From Macrostomum lignano (Eukaryota), in contig NIVC01002142.1 in the NCBI GenBank assembly GCA_002269645.1, forward strand, positions 12,472 to 76,471: a stretch of 64,000 nt of DNA, written 5' to 3'. A model generated the notes under the pieces. It ran no database searches. It was not told where the DNA came from and saw only the letters and a program-made list of their open reading frames with translations. Below are positions 25,101-37,657 of the stretch, piece by piece. Positions within the stretch are counted from its first letter, which is position 1. Each line of letters starts with the position of its first letter. The translations under genes were made by a program, and so were the position numbers.

Positions 25101-28100
25101 ACACGTAGGGCAGGAAGATGGCCGACTCGGCGAACAGGGCCAGCGGGAAGCCGCAGTCGTCAATGTCAAAGGGGCTTCGCGGAGGGGGTGGAGACGGCGA
25201 TCGAGGCTGCTGCTGCTGCTGCGGTTCAGCAGCCGGATGCTCCGCTGTCGCTGCAGCCGCGCCTGGAATTCCGGCGCTGGAGACGCGGGCGATGCCGGCA
25301 CGGACGCTGGAGATGAGGCCGGTGGCGGCGCCGCCCAGCGCGTCCTGAAGGCGGCCGTGCGGCTGCGACTCCTTCGATGCCGGTGTTGACGGCGGCGGCG
25401 GTGGAGTCGGCGTAGTTGGCGAAGCCGCCGTCGACGGCAAAGCGTCGGTGTCACGCTCGATGCTCACAAAGTCGGAGTCGGAGAGATTCCTGGAATGAGA
25501 AAAAGGTTTTGTCACCTAACTATTACTTATATTGCCCAGCAACTGAGGATCTGAGAGGCTGGCTTAGCAACTTTGGATCTGGGAGGCTGGCACAGCAACT
25601 GACACTCTGGGAGGCTGGCCCAGCAACTGACACTCTGGGAGGCTGGCTTAGCAACTTTGGATCTGGGAGGCTGGCCCAGCAACTGAGGATCTGGGAGGCT
25701 GGCCCAGCAACTGAGGATCTGGGAGGCTGGCCCAGCAACTGACACTCTGGGAGGCTGGCTTAGCAACTTTGGATCTGGGAGGCTGGTCCAGCAACTGAGG
25801 ATCTGGGAGGCTGGCCCAGCAACTGAGGATCTGAGAGGCTGGCTTAGCAACTTTGGATCTGGGAGGCTGGCACATCAACTTCGCGTGTAGGAGTGTCATC
25901 TTCAAAAATGAAACGCACCGAAAATTATAGCGACTCTTGAAGACAGCGCCGCAGCGGCTGAGGCCGCATTCAATGAGGCTCGGATACAGAGAAGCCAGAG
26001 TCAGCAGAGTGTTGCCAAGCTGCGAGGCCGGGTTCATGTGCACCAGAACACGACGCTCCAACAGGATCAGTTTAAACAGCACTAGCAGCTTTTGACGGTA
26101 GCGCAGCAGCAGTTCCTTGACTGATAAGCCTATTTGCAATGAGTAAAATTTCCAGGATTATAAGATTAGTATAGGCTTATTAAAGACGACTTTTAGCGGT
26201 CAGAGCATGAATCTCAGTGATTAGGGCATGAATCTCAGTGGTTAGGGCATGAATCTCAGTGGTTGGGGCATGAATCTCAGTGGTTGGGGCATGAATCTCA
26301 GTGATTAGGGCATGAATCTCAGTGATTAGGGCATGAATCTCAGTGATTAGGGCATGAATCTCAGTGATTAGGGCATGAATCTCAGTGATTAGGGCATGAA
26401 TCTCAGTGATTAGGGCATGAATCTCAGTGATTAGGGCATGAATCTCAGTGATTAGGGCATGAATCTCAGTGATTAGGGCATGAATCTCAGTGATTAGGGC
26501 ATGAATCTCAGTGATTAGGGCATGAATCTCAGTGATTAGGGCATGAAACTCAGTGATTAGAGCATGAATCTCAGTGGTTAGGGTATGAATCTCAGTGGTT
26601 AAGGTACGGATTCAGACGTTATCTTACGCTCGTACATAATAACCCCGACATAGAAGTGGGAATCTGGGATGTCAGGACGCTCCATTAGGCCAAGTTTTTA
26701 TCTAGAATTGGCGATGAAAGCAAGCAACTATACCTGAAAACACCTGAGTAGACACCGAATTCTTAGTGACAGCTCGTTTAAAATCCATAAAAGTTTCCTC
26801 CATAATTTCTACTCGACTGAAATCGCGCAGCTCAAAGTAGGACTCCGCCACGTGACTCAGCCGCTGCCTGATGGCGCCAAATAGCGGAGCCCGGCTGACT
26901 ACGACAACAGACTTCTGCACCGAGCTGCGCGTCACGTCCTCGGACTTGGATACCAGCTTCTGCGGGAACAGTGAGGACCTGGATTTCTATTCACCTGTTG
27001 CGCAGGAGACTAAATTAACCGCATCTACAAAGCTATTGTGGAAGACCCATGATCCCCTAGCAGACCACACCTATCCCCATGATCCCCTAGCAGACCACAC
27101 CTATCCCCATGATCCCCTAGCAGACCACACCTATCCCCATGATCCCCTAGCAGACCACACCTATCCCCATGATCCCCTAGCAGACCACACCTATCCCCAT
27201 GATCTCCTAGCAGACCACACCTATCCCCATGATCCCCTAGCAGACCACACCTATCCCCATGATCTCCTAGCAGACCACACCTATCCCCATGATCCCCTAG
27301 CAGACCACACCTATCCCCATGATCCCCTAGCAGACCACACCTATCCCCATGATCCCCTAGCAGACCACACCTATCCCCATGATCCCCTAGCAGACCACAC
27401 CTATCCCCATGATCCCCTAGCAGACCACACCTATCCCCATGATCCCCTAGCAGACCACACCTATCCCCTTGATCCCCTAGCAGACCACACACACCTATCC
27501 CCATGATCCCCTAGCAGACCACACACACCTATCCCTATGATCCCCTAGCAGACCACATTTATCCCAATGATCCTCCAACAGGCCACATCTACCCTCCATG
27601 ATATGATGTACCGCAGCAATCTCACATCGGAGTCGATCTGCCTGTAGCAAGCCACGCAAAACACAGATCGTTCACGATCTGTCAGAGATGGCAGCACAAA
27701 ATAGACATGATCTGGAATAAATAATAACATACATACACATAAGTAACACAGTTTAAGCTATTCAACTGATACACAGTGATCAAATTCAATAATAATCAAA
27801 GAAAAGCACCCTGCTCATAATTATGGGCTCCATCTGGCAGGGCCAAATATGGCAGATTTTGCCACTCCTCTGGCAGCTCGCTGGCATCGTGGCCTTGACC
27901 AGGAAATAGTGGCGGATAGCAGTACTCCAACTAAAATATAAGTATATATATAGTTTTGCTAAATTTAGTTAAGGTACTAGACAAGGGTAGACAACCTGTA
28001 CCCTGCCCCATAAGTTCTTCATATCATATTCAGCTCTTAAACCTTAGCAAATAGCAACTATAGAGTTGCAATATGACATACTTAAGCAAATGCAATATAC

Positions 28101-31100
28101 ATTTCCAAACATAAATGCTAGCCAAAAAAATTTTTTGTTTAATCTTCCTCTTAGTCCTTTCATACCTTAACTCTCTTCCTCTCATTTTCCTCTCACTCTT
28201 CTTTTTGCTATCTATTGTCATCTTTTCTCTCATACAGATTACAAATAACAAAATTACAAATAAATACAAATTGTGTTTATATCATCCATGCACAACACCT
28301 GGCCAACCCTGTCAGCTAGCAAGGGGCCCAGCCAAGGTAAGTGTAAAAAATGTCTACCCAAAATATAGACAGTACTAATTAGATAATGAGGCATTTAGCC
28401 TTAGAAATACAATGATAGCTACTGCTGTCATTTACCCAAAATTTGGTTAATTTTTGCTTTACAGTTTCTTTTACAGGTAAGTTGCATTTTCAGTCAAAAA
28501 GTAAGTTGCATAACCAGTATAAATCAAGAGGGTTATGCATGCATGATTTATATAAATAGGCTAATCTATTGTCATCTATACAATTCATATACCTTTCAAA
28601 AAGTCTAGTAATTGGGATAGACTTAAAAGTTTTAGAAGACTTGAAAGATTTTTCCTAATAATGCTTATGACATAAGCTTTTAGGCATTAAAATATATATG
28701 ACTATATACTTATATGGCTTCCCAATAAGTATTTATACCAAAAAATAATTTTTCTAATATATTAGAACAGGTTGTTATTTCATATATGACCTTCATATAA
28801 CTATACAATTTTAGACTTCACCTGGCCATTTCTATTGAAAAAAACATAAGTTGTTATTAGGCAAAAATAGCTATAATTCGTATTGTAACTTTTTTATCTG
28901 ATAGAGATTCATAGTTTGTTAAAATAATGATGATTCTAAATTCTGCATCTTTATACATATATAACTTAATTATTGAATAATTAGTAGGCCTATAGACCTA
29001 TCTTATTATTTATATATAGGCTAGATTATTAATTCAAAAACCAATATATATTATACTTACATTGTTAACTAGATAATATGCATCTAATTATAAAGAAGAT
29101 AAATTCAAATCTAGCCCAATTAATTTTTAAAAGTTTATAGGCCTACTAAATAGGGCTATCCTGCAGAATCATTCATTAAATTATTTTCTCAATGGGAACA
29201 ACTTGTGTCTTAACTCTAAAGTTTAGAACAATGTAAGAAAGTAACATTGAAATGACAAATGTAAACTAGATACCAAGTTAGTTTGCTATAGTCATGTCTT
29301 CACATACTTGACATATTTAGAGTGAGTGGCCAAGTAGGTAATAGTGGACAACCTAGTAGTACTAGGTGAATATTGGGCAAAATTAATGCAAACATGCATC
29401 TGAATTCGCATGGTAACATGTCCATAATTCCAAAAAAATGATGTCTGTTGGCATGCCCTTAATAATAAAGTGATGTGGCATGGCATGAACCATACATGCG
29501 CAACAGTCGGCCAAGTTGGCCTATCCGGCCGACCAATTTGGCGGCCACCCAAGGAAGTTGCAAAAATGCCCACCCAAAAAAAACACAAAGAAGTAGTACT
29601 AAATAGCTGACAAGGCTTTTTAAGACAGTCATAGTTACTCCTGCCGTTTACCCAAAGTTGCGTTAATTTTGCTTTCAGGTTTTTTTTACATGTAAGTCGC
29701 ATTTTTGGCCAGAAACTATGTTGCATTTTTGTTAAAACTAAGTTGCACGGCCGATCAAATTTTGGAGGTTGGGCATGTATGGCATGAACTACAGTTTGAG
29801 AAAATGTCTATGGCCAAAATCACTACATCAACTCTGTGCATTTAAAGGGAGATAGGCTTGGGGTTAGAAATTTTAGCTGCCAAGCTGAGAATACTGGGAT
29901 TCAAGTGCTCTTCACTTCAAAATGGCTGGATAACCTTCTATCCCAACATGGATTGTGCCACCTCAAGATGTTTGTCCCAGTGCTGGAATTCGTAAAGATG
30001 TGACTATAAATATAACAAACTAACTCAGCATCTAGTACACATTTTGTCATTTCAATGTTACTTTCTTACATTGTTCTAAACTCAAAAGTCAAGATGCAAG
30101 CTATTCCCATTGAAAAAACAATTCAACGAATGCTTCTGCAAAACCAGTGTGCGGATCATGTACCCGTGTACGCCGGAAAAAATTCGGGCGTCAAGGACTT
30201 TGTACGCCAGTGTACGCCAAAAACAAAAAGTTGCACTAAAATGTACACCAAAAATTCCTAAAAAAAGGTCATTCGGTTTTCACGAGTAGAGTTTTCTAGG
30301 AAATGCTTTGGTATGAAAAGTGTCTTTAAAATATTACGAATTTTTTCAGTTTAAACAAACTTAAATAATACCTACAAAAAAAATTATGAAAAATTAATAC
30401 TTACAGCAAAATTTTACACTAATTTAATTTTTTTTAACTTAAAATAAGCAAAAAGTTTATCATTGACGATATAAATTTTCCTTTACTTTACGTAAAAACG
30501 TTAATTTACTTTACAATTTTCATGCACGGCATGAATTTATTCACCAAAATTTGTACGCCAAAAAAGTATGCGTGGCTGTGTTACTTGTGTACGCCAATAG
30601 TGTACGCCAACAAAGTGCGCCAGGGGTTGTGTACGCCGATTGTGTACGCCAAGGACTTAGGGTGGCCGTTTTGTACGCCGGAAAAGTTCCGGCGTACATG
30701 CATACCATCCGCAACCTGGCTGCAAAATAGGCCCTAGCCCTAAATGGAAATATTGTTAAAAGACCTTTAAATGCAACTAAAGTTACCCTTAACTGCAAAA
30801 AGGCCTACTCCTTGTACTGCTTTCCTTGTAATAAAAGCTAAAGTATTTTCTAATATATTTAAAAAAGCCCTACAGCTAACGGTGTTTTAAGCCATACTAT
30901 ATTTTAAATCATGTTATAATTTATATAGTAGACTAGGAATAAAAGTGTTTTTATCATTTAGCTTGTCCATTATAAAGATGAATTTTAATTCACTACATAC
31001 ACAATAACAAATCCATTCTCTAAAAAAGTATTTTTACACTTAGATTTAGGCCTTGGGGGCTAGGCCCACACACTTACTTGAACTCCCCGCTTGTGATGAA

Positions 31101-31143
31101 ATCCAACAATCAGAATATTCAGAATATATGAATCATCCATCAT
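22124..31143 (-). CDS. AVL9: AVL9 late secretory pathway protein homolog (DENN-like), ~660 aa, 9 coding exons
   Basis: Exons 31143-31078 (ILIVGFHHKRGVQ), 27930-27810 (EYCYPPL..LPYLALPDGAHNY), 27711-27626 (CYRQI), 26959-26734 (VTRSSVQKSVVV), 26129-25919 (KLLVLFKLILLERR), 25489-24804 (GFPLALF..LPYVSLQQ), 24345-24024 (WEGSDDWLRAQF), 23381-23293, 22299-22124. They sum to 1983 nt in frame. The motifs match AVL9 as I recall it. Confidence 0.93.
22325..23220 (+). repeat. ~30-bp C-rich minisatellite (CACCCATTTCCTCACCTGTCTCCCCTCTCC), last AVL9 intron
   Basis: About 30 tandem copies; source of the Pro/Ser-rich pseudo-ORFs. Confidence 0.95.
23495..23905 (+). repeat. 19-bp pyrimidine minisatellite (CTCTCTACTTCTCACCATT), AVL9 intron
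   Basis: Tandem copies seen directly. Confidence 0.92.
24478..24780 (+). repeat. 28-bp minisatellite family array, AVL9 intron
   Basis: Same unit as 888-1420. Confidence 0.93.
25535..25875 (+). repeat. 28-bp minisatellite family array (variant units), AVL9 intron
   Basis: Same family, with variants CTTTGGATCT and CTGACACTCT. Confidence 0.92.
26205..26600 (+). repeat. 21-bp minisatellite (GGGCATGAATCTCAGTGATTA), AVL9 intron
   Basis: Near-perfect tandem copies. Confidence 0.95.
27045..27560 (+). repeat. 30-bp minisatellite (CCCCATGATCCCCTAGCAGACCACACCTAT), AVL9 intron
   Basis: About 17 near-perfect tandem copies. Confidence 0.95.
30144..30719. mobile_element. Non-autonomous DNA transposon (MITE) with 8-bp TSD, hAT-like
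   Basis: Imperfect TIRs CCAGTGTGCGGAT...GTACGCCGGAA and TTCCGGCGTAC...ATCCGCAACCTGG. Flanked by direct repeat CTGCAAAA at 30136-30143 and 30720-30727. Contains many internal TGTACGCC motifs. Confidence 0.8.
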
Positions 31144-31812
31144 TAGTACTGAATGAAAAAGGTTGTCTTGATAACAAAAGCTGTAGACAGTCAATCTTAC
31201 ACCAACAGATTAAAAAAAGTAATGTAACGACTTTCACAAAAATTCTAATTATTGTTTGTATAGTGATTACGGTCAATTATAACATTTTCCTCTTTTCTAG
31301 GAAAAGCATAATTTTTAATTTTTGTCGCATATGATGCTGGTTTAAAATCAAGCTTCCTTTTTTTGCTAATTTTAGAGAAAACAAATATTAAAGGCCACAA
31401 ACATTTTTCAGTAATAATTTTTTTAGATGGACTTACTCTATTCGCCTTTTTTATTTTCGTTTTTTATTTTCGACCAAAAAGTTTGTCAATATGACTTTTG
31501 TTTTCTCCGAAATGACTGGTTTCCAGGGTTCCAGTTGTCAGAAATGCTACAAAAACTAAAGCTAAATGGGCATAATAAATTGCAGAGTAAAAGTTTGCAT
31601 GTTAAGGCCAATGGGGAGTGCTGCTATAGTGCTAGGCCTTATATACATCCTGACTTTCCAAATCGAATTTAGACCTAGTCCGGCTTAGATGCGATTTCAC
31701 ATCCTAGCACCAGAAAAAAACCTAGGACACTATTAACCTTAACCTAGACATTTATATTTATTCTTATATTTCATTTTTATTAGAGATATTAGACTTATAA
31801 AATATATGAGGC

Positions 31813-33135
31813 CCTGAGGGGCACTAAAAAGTTCTGAGCCTTGGTGTGAAGGAGAGAGAATTTGGGCAAATGCATTCAGCTATTTTCTACATAGTCTCCC
31901 TTGACCAAGATGCACTTGTGACATCTTGATTGCAGTGCTTTGATGCCACTCTGAAAGAAAGAACTAAATTGAGCACTCCTCTAACCAGGAGGTTGCATCA
32001 TCTTTCAGTGCATCATCAGTGTTGAATTGCTGCCTATAAGTGCCTAGGCCAAGTGCTTAAAATGCAAAAACAAGTGAAAGTTGCTAGGGGCAAGGTCTGG
32101 TGAATGGGCAGGGTAGGGCAGCTCTCAGAATCCTGCAATGCTGACAGCTGCCTTTGCCAGCCCATTGGTATGGGCAGATGCAGTGTTGTGCAGTAGTACT
32201 ATAGTTGATTTTCCTTGATTGCTGTGCATAGATAGGTGATCAGATTGGCGTTGTAGGCACCTGCGACTGTTTGCTTATGTGGCAGAAAGTCCAGCAGCAG
32301 TGGGCCTTTGGCATCTCAAAAGATAGTGAGCATTATCTTGCCTGCACTGCATACAGATACAATCTATGTGACTATGTCTTTAATGATAGGCCTACAGATG
32401 AACCAAGTGGCAACCATTGCTTCAACTCTTCCTTTGACTTGGGATCATGGACATGGTGGGGTGGTGGATCCATGTCTCATCACCAGTCATACAGCAAGAT
32501 AGAAAGCTAGCAGGATCTAGATCGTAAGTTTGCAAGACAAGTTTTGTATATTGTAACTGTGTAGATTTCTGGTCACTTGTCAAGATTTGTGGGATCTATT
32601 AGGCTAAGACCTTTGACAAATAAAGATGCTAGTATAGGATCTTAATAACCTGTGGTCAAAGAGCCTAGTGTCTACTGCAAGTTCCCTGACCTTTACCTAT
32701 TAGTTGCTATCTATCAACTAGGGTCTGGATACATAGGATATTGTCAGCAATGATAATAGGCCTAGTCTAAGTGCATCCACATTGAGGGTCATCCTCTAGA
32801 GTTGTGGCCACACTTGAACTCGGATTCTTAACACTTGATAGTGACATATGAGGGGGTAGCCCCAGCATACACACCAGCCATACAACTTTGGATTTCAGTA
32901 GGTTTTGAGCTTTCTAAGATCAGGAATTTGATTATTTCCCTATACTTAGTCTTCAGTTCTTGAGAATTTGCCATAAGTAGCTAGAAGTATTAAGGTGCTA
33001 TGGAACTTAAGCAATGCCTAGAGAGCTGAAAATTTTGTCAAAGAATATTAATATATTGTTTTAGAGCATAGGTTTTTAGCACTTTGTGACCATGGAATCT
33101 TAGTCAGGCTTAGAACTTTTTAAGTGCCCCTTGTA
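31813..33135 (-). mobile_element. Full-length degenerate mariner (Tc1/mariner) transposon, ~1.3 kb, transposase pseudogene
   Basis: TIRs at 31815-31841 (TGAGGGGCACTAAAAAGTTCTGAGCCT) and 33106-33135. Minus-strand remnants TGDETWIHH, HSPDLAPSNF (compare YSPDLAPSDF), and C-terminal GDYVENS; multiple stops and frameshifts. Confidence 0.9.
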
Positions 33136-34246
33136 AGCCTAATACATAGTAGGCCTACGAGTATAAGGATCTATAGGTTAGCCAGTTTCCAGTTCATTTA
33201 TTTGCTAATAATTTGTCTATTGAGTAGTCAAAAAAGACCTTTTTCTAAAACTGTTTGTCTGCTAAGAAATGGGTATAGGGATTGGAAGTGGAATAAGGAG
33301 CTGCTTAACAATCTTTGTTTTTTTAAAACACTGGGTCTTCTATCATTTTATGAAACTATTTTATAATAAAGTCTTAAATAATAATAATAGCTAAACTAAA
33401 AACTAGCCAAATGGAAATGGTAAAACATGCTAAAAAGTAGGCTAAAAATCAACAAATTTGATATATATAGGCCTAATCAATATAAAATATAAGTTTGTCT
33501 ATTCCATTCTATTTCTATCCTTATCCCTATTTTCTCATTGTTATTTATTTTTATTATATATAGTTTCAGTTTTTTGTGCTTAACTAATATAGGCCTAGGC
33601 CTATCTTAGTTTATTAGGCCATGTAATTGATTATTTAAAAATGATGTTTGTTGATATATTGTTTTGTTGATATACCTATTGTCTAGCAAATTTTTGTAGG
33701 AATGCTATTAGAAACCATCATAGTATAGATAGAGCCTATTATAATAACTTGGGTTCCACTATAACCAATTTTTTCTATATCTATAGGCCTAGCCATGTCT
33801 AATTTTTTCTTTTAGCCTATCTATATAACTAATGAATTTCTTATAACTTTGGCATTAAAGTAATATCATGTAGTTTTGCCTATTAGTCATTAATAGATCT
33901 CATTTTCTATGCAAAAAATGCTAGGGATTGCATTTATCTTATCTTTAGCCTCTACTATCCCAACAATACCATGTGCATATTTTGAAAATCTGCAATTTAA
34001 AACCCTAACCTTAGGGACTTAAGAACTTCCCTAGGTCACTAAAGCCTTTTGCATTGCAAATAAAAAACCACTTGTCTTACTTTTGACCCCTTTTATCATA
34101 ACTACAATATGCACATAGTATTGAAAATCTCTACTGCTTAAGTCTTTAACACCAGAATTTTGGTGTCATGACAAACTCTCTGATGCAAAATTTGATTACC
34201 TTTACCTTGGCCCTTCAGCACAGCGCCTTTCCCCTGCATAGCAACA

Positions 34247-36073
34247 ATGGCAGAGAGCACCAGCTCAGATATCCTAACCGCTGTAGACGAGTTGCACTCG
34301 GCTGGCAAGGAGAAGGAGGCGCGCGACCAGCTCAAAGCTGAGCTAGCCGCCGGCCGGGAGAGCGCCGAAATCTATTGGCGCCTGGCGCGCGAATGCCGCG
34401 GCCTGGCCAACCGCTGCCCAGACAGCGAGGAGCAGCGCAAGGCGCTCATCTACGAGGCCTTCGAATCGGCTAAAAAGGGCCTGGCAGCCGAGCCGGACAA
34501 CTGGTCCTGCCACAAATGGATGGGCATCCTGCTTGACCTGACTGGCCGATTTGAGGGCACTAAGAAGCGCATTGAGAACTCTTTCCTTGTTAAAGAGCAT
34601 TTCACTAAGGCCTTGGATAAGAAGCCGGACGATGCAGTTGTGCTGCACTGCCTCGGAGTCTGGTGCTACGAGGTGGCCAATCTGTCCTGGCTGCAGCGGA
34701 ACATGGCTGCCGCATTCTTTGCTAAGCCGCCCACTTCAACCTACGAGGAGGCGCTCGAGTATCTGCTGCGCGCTGAGAAAGGTTACTGAGGCCTTTTCTG
34801 TAATTGGATCCTGATGTACTGTGTTGGCATTTGGCTATTATAAATAGTCGGAATCTGGACTCGAATTTGTTGAGATCCGATATTCTGGATTCTAGTTGTC
34901 TGGTTTCTAGCTGTCAGGATCGGGGCTCTAGCTGCCAAGATGTGTTCTAGCTGTCAGGATCTAGGTTCTGGCTGTCAGTATTTGGGATCTAGCTGTCAGG
35001 ATCTGGACTCTAGCTGCCAAGATGTGTTCTAGCTGTCAGGATCAGGGATCTAGCTGTCAGGATCAGGGATCTAGCTGTCAGGATCAGGGATCTAGCTGTC
35101 AGGATCAGGGATCTAGCTGTCAGGATCATGGATCTAGCTGTCAGGATCAGGGATCTAGCTGTCAGGATCAGGAATCTAGCTGTCAGGATCAGGAATCTAG
35201 CTGTCAGGATCAGGGATCTAGCTGTCAGGATCAGGGATCTAGCTGTCAGGATCAGGAATCTAGCTGTCTGTTGTCAGTACCTGAGATCTAGATGTCAGGA
35301 TCTGGGTTCTACTTCTAGCTGTCACGATCAGGTCGAATTTCGTCATTCGGACTCTAATTACTTTAATCCCGAATTTAGCCGGGTCTGCACACTAAGCTTC
35401 GTGATCTGTGTTCGCAGCCTTCTTAATTCTCGACGTAATTTTTGCGGACGGACTGAATGCCTTTTTCACATTGCAGCCAGTCCAAATTTCTACGCCTCCA
35501 ACCTGAACTACATCGGCAAGGCCTATTATCAGCTTAAAAAGCTGCCGGAGGCGAAGGAGTTCTTTCAGAAGACCATCAACCACGAGGCTGACGGACACGA
35601 TGATCGAGAGGTGAGCTGTTGTATTATATTTTTCAGGTTGATTGACTTTCAGCTGTCCATATTTATGCATTAACCTGAGAGCCTCATAGGTCATCAGCTT
35701 CTACCGTCACCTTGCCAGTTCCTCAGTTGCTGGGCCAGCCTCCCAGTGTCAGTTGCTGGGCCAGCCTCCCAGAGTGTCAGTTGCTAGGCCAGCCTCCCAG
35801 ATCCTCAGTTGCTAGGCCAGCTTCCCAAATTCTCAGTTGCTGGGCCAGCCTCCCAGAGTGTCAGTTGCTGGGCCAGCCTCCCAGAGTGTCAGTTGCTGTG
35901 CCAGTTCCCAGAGTGTCAGTTGCTGGGCCAGCCTCCCAGATGCTGGGGGCCTAAAGCATTGTGATGCCGCAACAGCAAGGCCATTTTGCAGTGTTACATA
36001 GCTTGCAGCCCTCGCTTTGCATGGAAATTTTCAGGCCAAAAAGGAAGCGGCCAGCCTGATGAAGAAGTGCTGA
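34247..36073 (+). CDS. RMDN1: Regulator of microtubule dynamics protein 1 (TPR-like, FAM82B), ~235 aa
   Basis: Exons 34247-34781, 35477-35610, 36035-36073 sum to 708 nt in frame. Motifs YWRLAR, CHKWMGI, IKEHF-like VKEHF, WCYEVANLSW, PPTSTYEEAL, SPNFY. Confidence 0.9.
34900..35290 (+). repeat. 21-bp minisatellite (CTAGCTGTCAGGATCAGGGAT), RMDN1 intron 1
   Basis: Tandem copies seen directly. Confidence 0.92.
35715..35945 (-). repeat. 28-bp minisatellite family array (reverse orientation), RMDN1 intron 2
   Basis: CAGTTGCTGGGCCAGCCTCCCAGA units. Confidence 0.9.
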
Positions 36074-37179
36074 TTGAACCGAATGGTGTGCTGGTGTTCC
36101 CATTAACCGTTATATAAGAGACTAAAAGTTTGCGTTAGCGCAGATTCTGGTTATTCCTTCGCTTCCGCAATAACGATTTTTCCATTCTAGCAATTGTAGC
36201 CAATCTCCGCTTGTTTTGACAGGACAAATTCCGCGTAGTTAATAAAATTGTTACCGTAATAAAACCGTAATTTTAATAATTCATAGACAGGCTTATTCTC
36301 GCTACATTCAATATATGCTTTGTGGACAATAAAGAGATTTGTTTAGAAATGTTCACTCACTTTATTTTAGTTCTAATTTATTTGTTATAGTTTGCTGACC
36401 AGAATTTCTAAGAATGAATCCCAGACTTTCTTTTCATTAAAATAAAGTCTACTGATTTAAAAAAATTGTTTTCAAAGTTGTATGAAAAAAAATTTTATGA
36501 GCCCGACAGATCTGGTTTCTTTTATTATCAGTCTAATTTTCTATTTTTGCTTCTTATCGCTTCTGAAGATTTTTCACTTGCTGAATGAGAATAGCGATTA
36601 GTTTAGTAATATATATTACTGCAAGTAGTGACTGAATAGTGTGCAGATGTCCATAAAGTCACGTGTTAATGCTGTGTACACAAAATGTTATATGACTGGG
36701 GTTACATTTTTCCAGCGCAATATAGAGACTTATAAACAAAAACGTAAAATTGACTGGGTTGAGGAAAAAATTATTAAAGCAAATAAATGAGATCGTATTT
36801 TCATGAACTGGATTATGTAATTTAGATATACGATAGTTTAGACATGTCAAAGTAAAGAACTCGTTAAAAATGATGCCAGGAGGACACCAAGACAGACAAA
36901 CTTGGCCATAGACTATAAATTCAGAATTAAAATCAGACGCGCAGCCTATCCAAAACGAGGACAAGTCCTCGGTTTAACTCAACTTTCTCTGAACTGAAAA
37001 TTTGTACTCTGGCTCTGGCTCCACCGATCCCAACAGAAAACCAATTTGCTGTAGTAAAAATTTCAAATCAATTATTCTAAGTTTACCCGTTCAAAGGTTT
37101 AACAAAATTCTCGTTAACTTTAAAAAAATAATATTTTGGAGCTTCGAATTTTTACATAGTACACTGTACTTAATAGCGC

Positions 37180-37575
37180 CTGCGGCGCCAAAATAAGTGC
37201 ATGCGGGGCTAAATGAGTGCATGCGGCGCTAAAATGAGTGCATGCGGCGCTAAAATGAGTGCATGCGGCGCTAAAATGAGTGCATGCGGCGCTAAAATGA
37301 GTGCATGCGGCGCTAAAATGAGTGCATGCGGCGCTAAAGTGAGTGCTGTGGCGCTAAAATGAGTGCATGGGGCGCTAAAATGAGTGCCTGCGGCGCTAAA
37401 ATGAGTGCCTGCGGCGCCAATATGAGTGCATGCGGCGCTAAAATGAGTGCCTGCGGCGCTAAAATGAGTGCCTGCGGCGCCTATATTAGCACTGATTCTA
37501 AAAATTTATGGTTTTGTACATGTAGAATTCTTGGCTTTGTCCCCCCACCATAAAATCCATGGCGCCGCCCCTGCT
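37180..37575 (-). mobile_element. Repeat element carrying a 21-bp minisatellite (GGCGCTAAAATGAGTGCATGC) with a conserved flank
   Basis: Both the array and the flank (GAATTCTTGGCTTTGTCCCCCC..AAAATCCATGGCGCCGCCCCTG) have an inverted homolog at 63375-64000. Confidence 0.7.
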
Positions 37576-37657
37576 ACAAACCACAAATAAGTTTGCCAAT
37601 CCATCGCTAGAGCTTCAGAGACGCGCTTTCCCAGAAACCCATTAAAGAATAATTATT

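Noticed and set aside
34075-34130. VHIVV...GTAAG sequence as a possible first AVL9 exon
   Set aside because: It has in-frame stops; an intact exon 1 (ILIVGFHHKRGVQ|GTAAGT) was found at 31143-31078.
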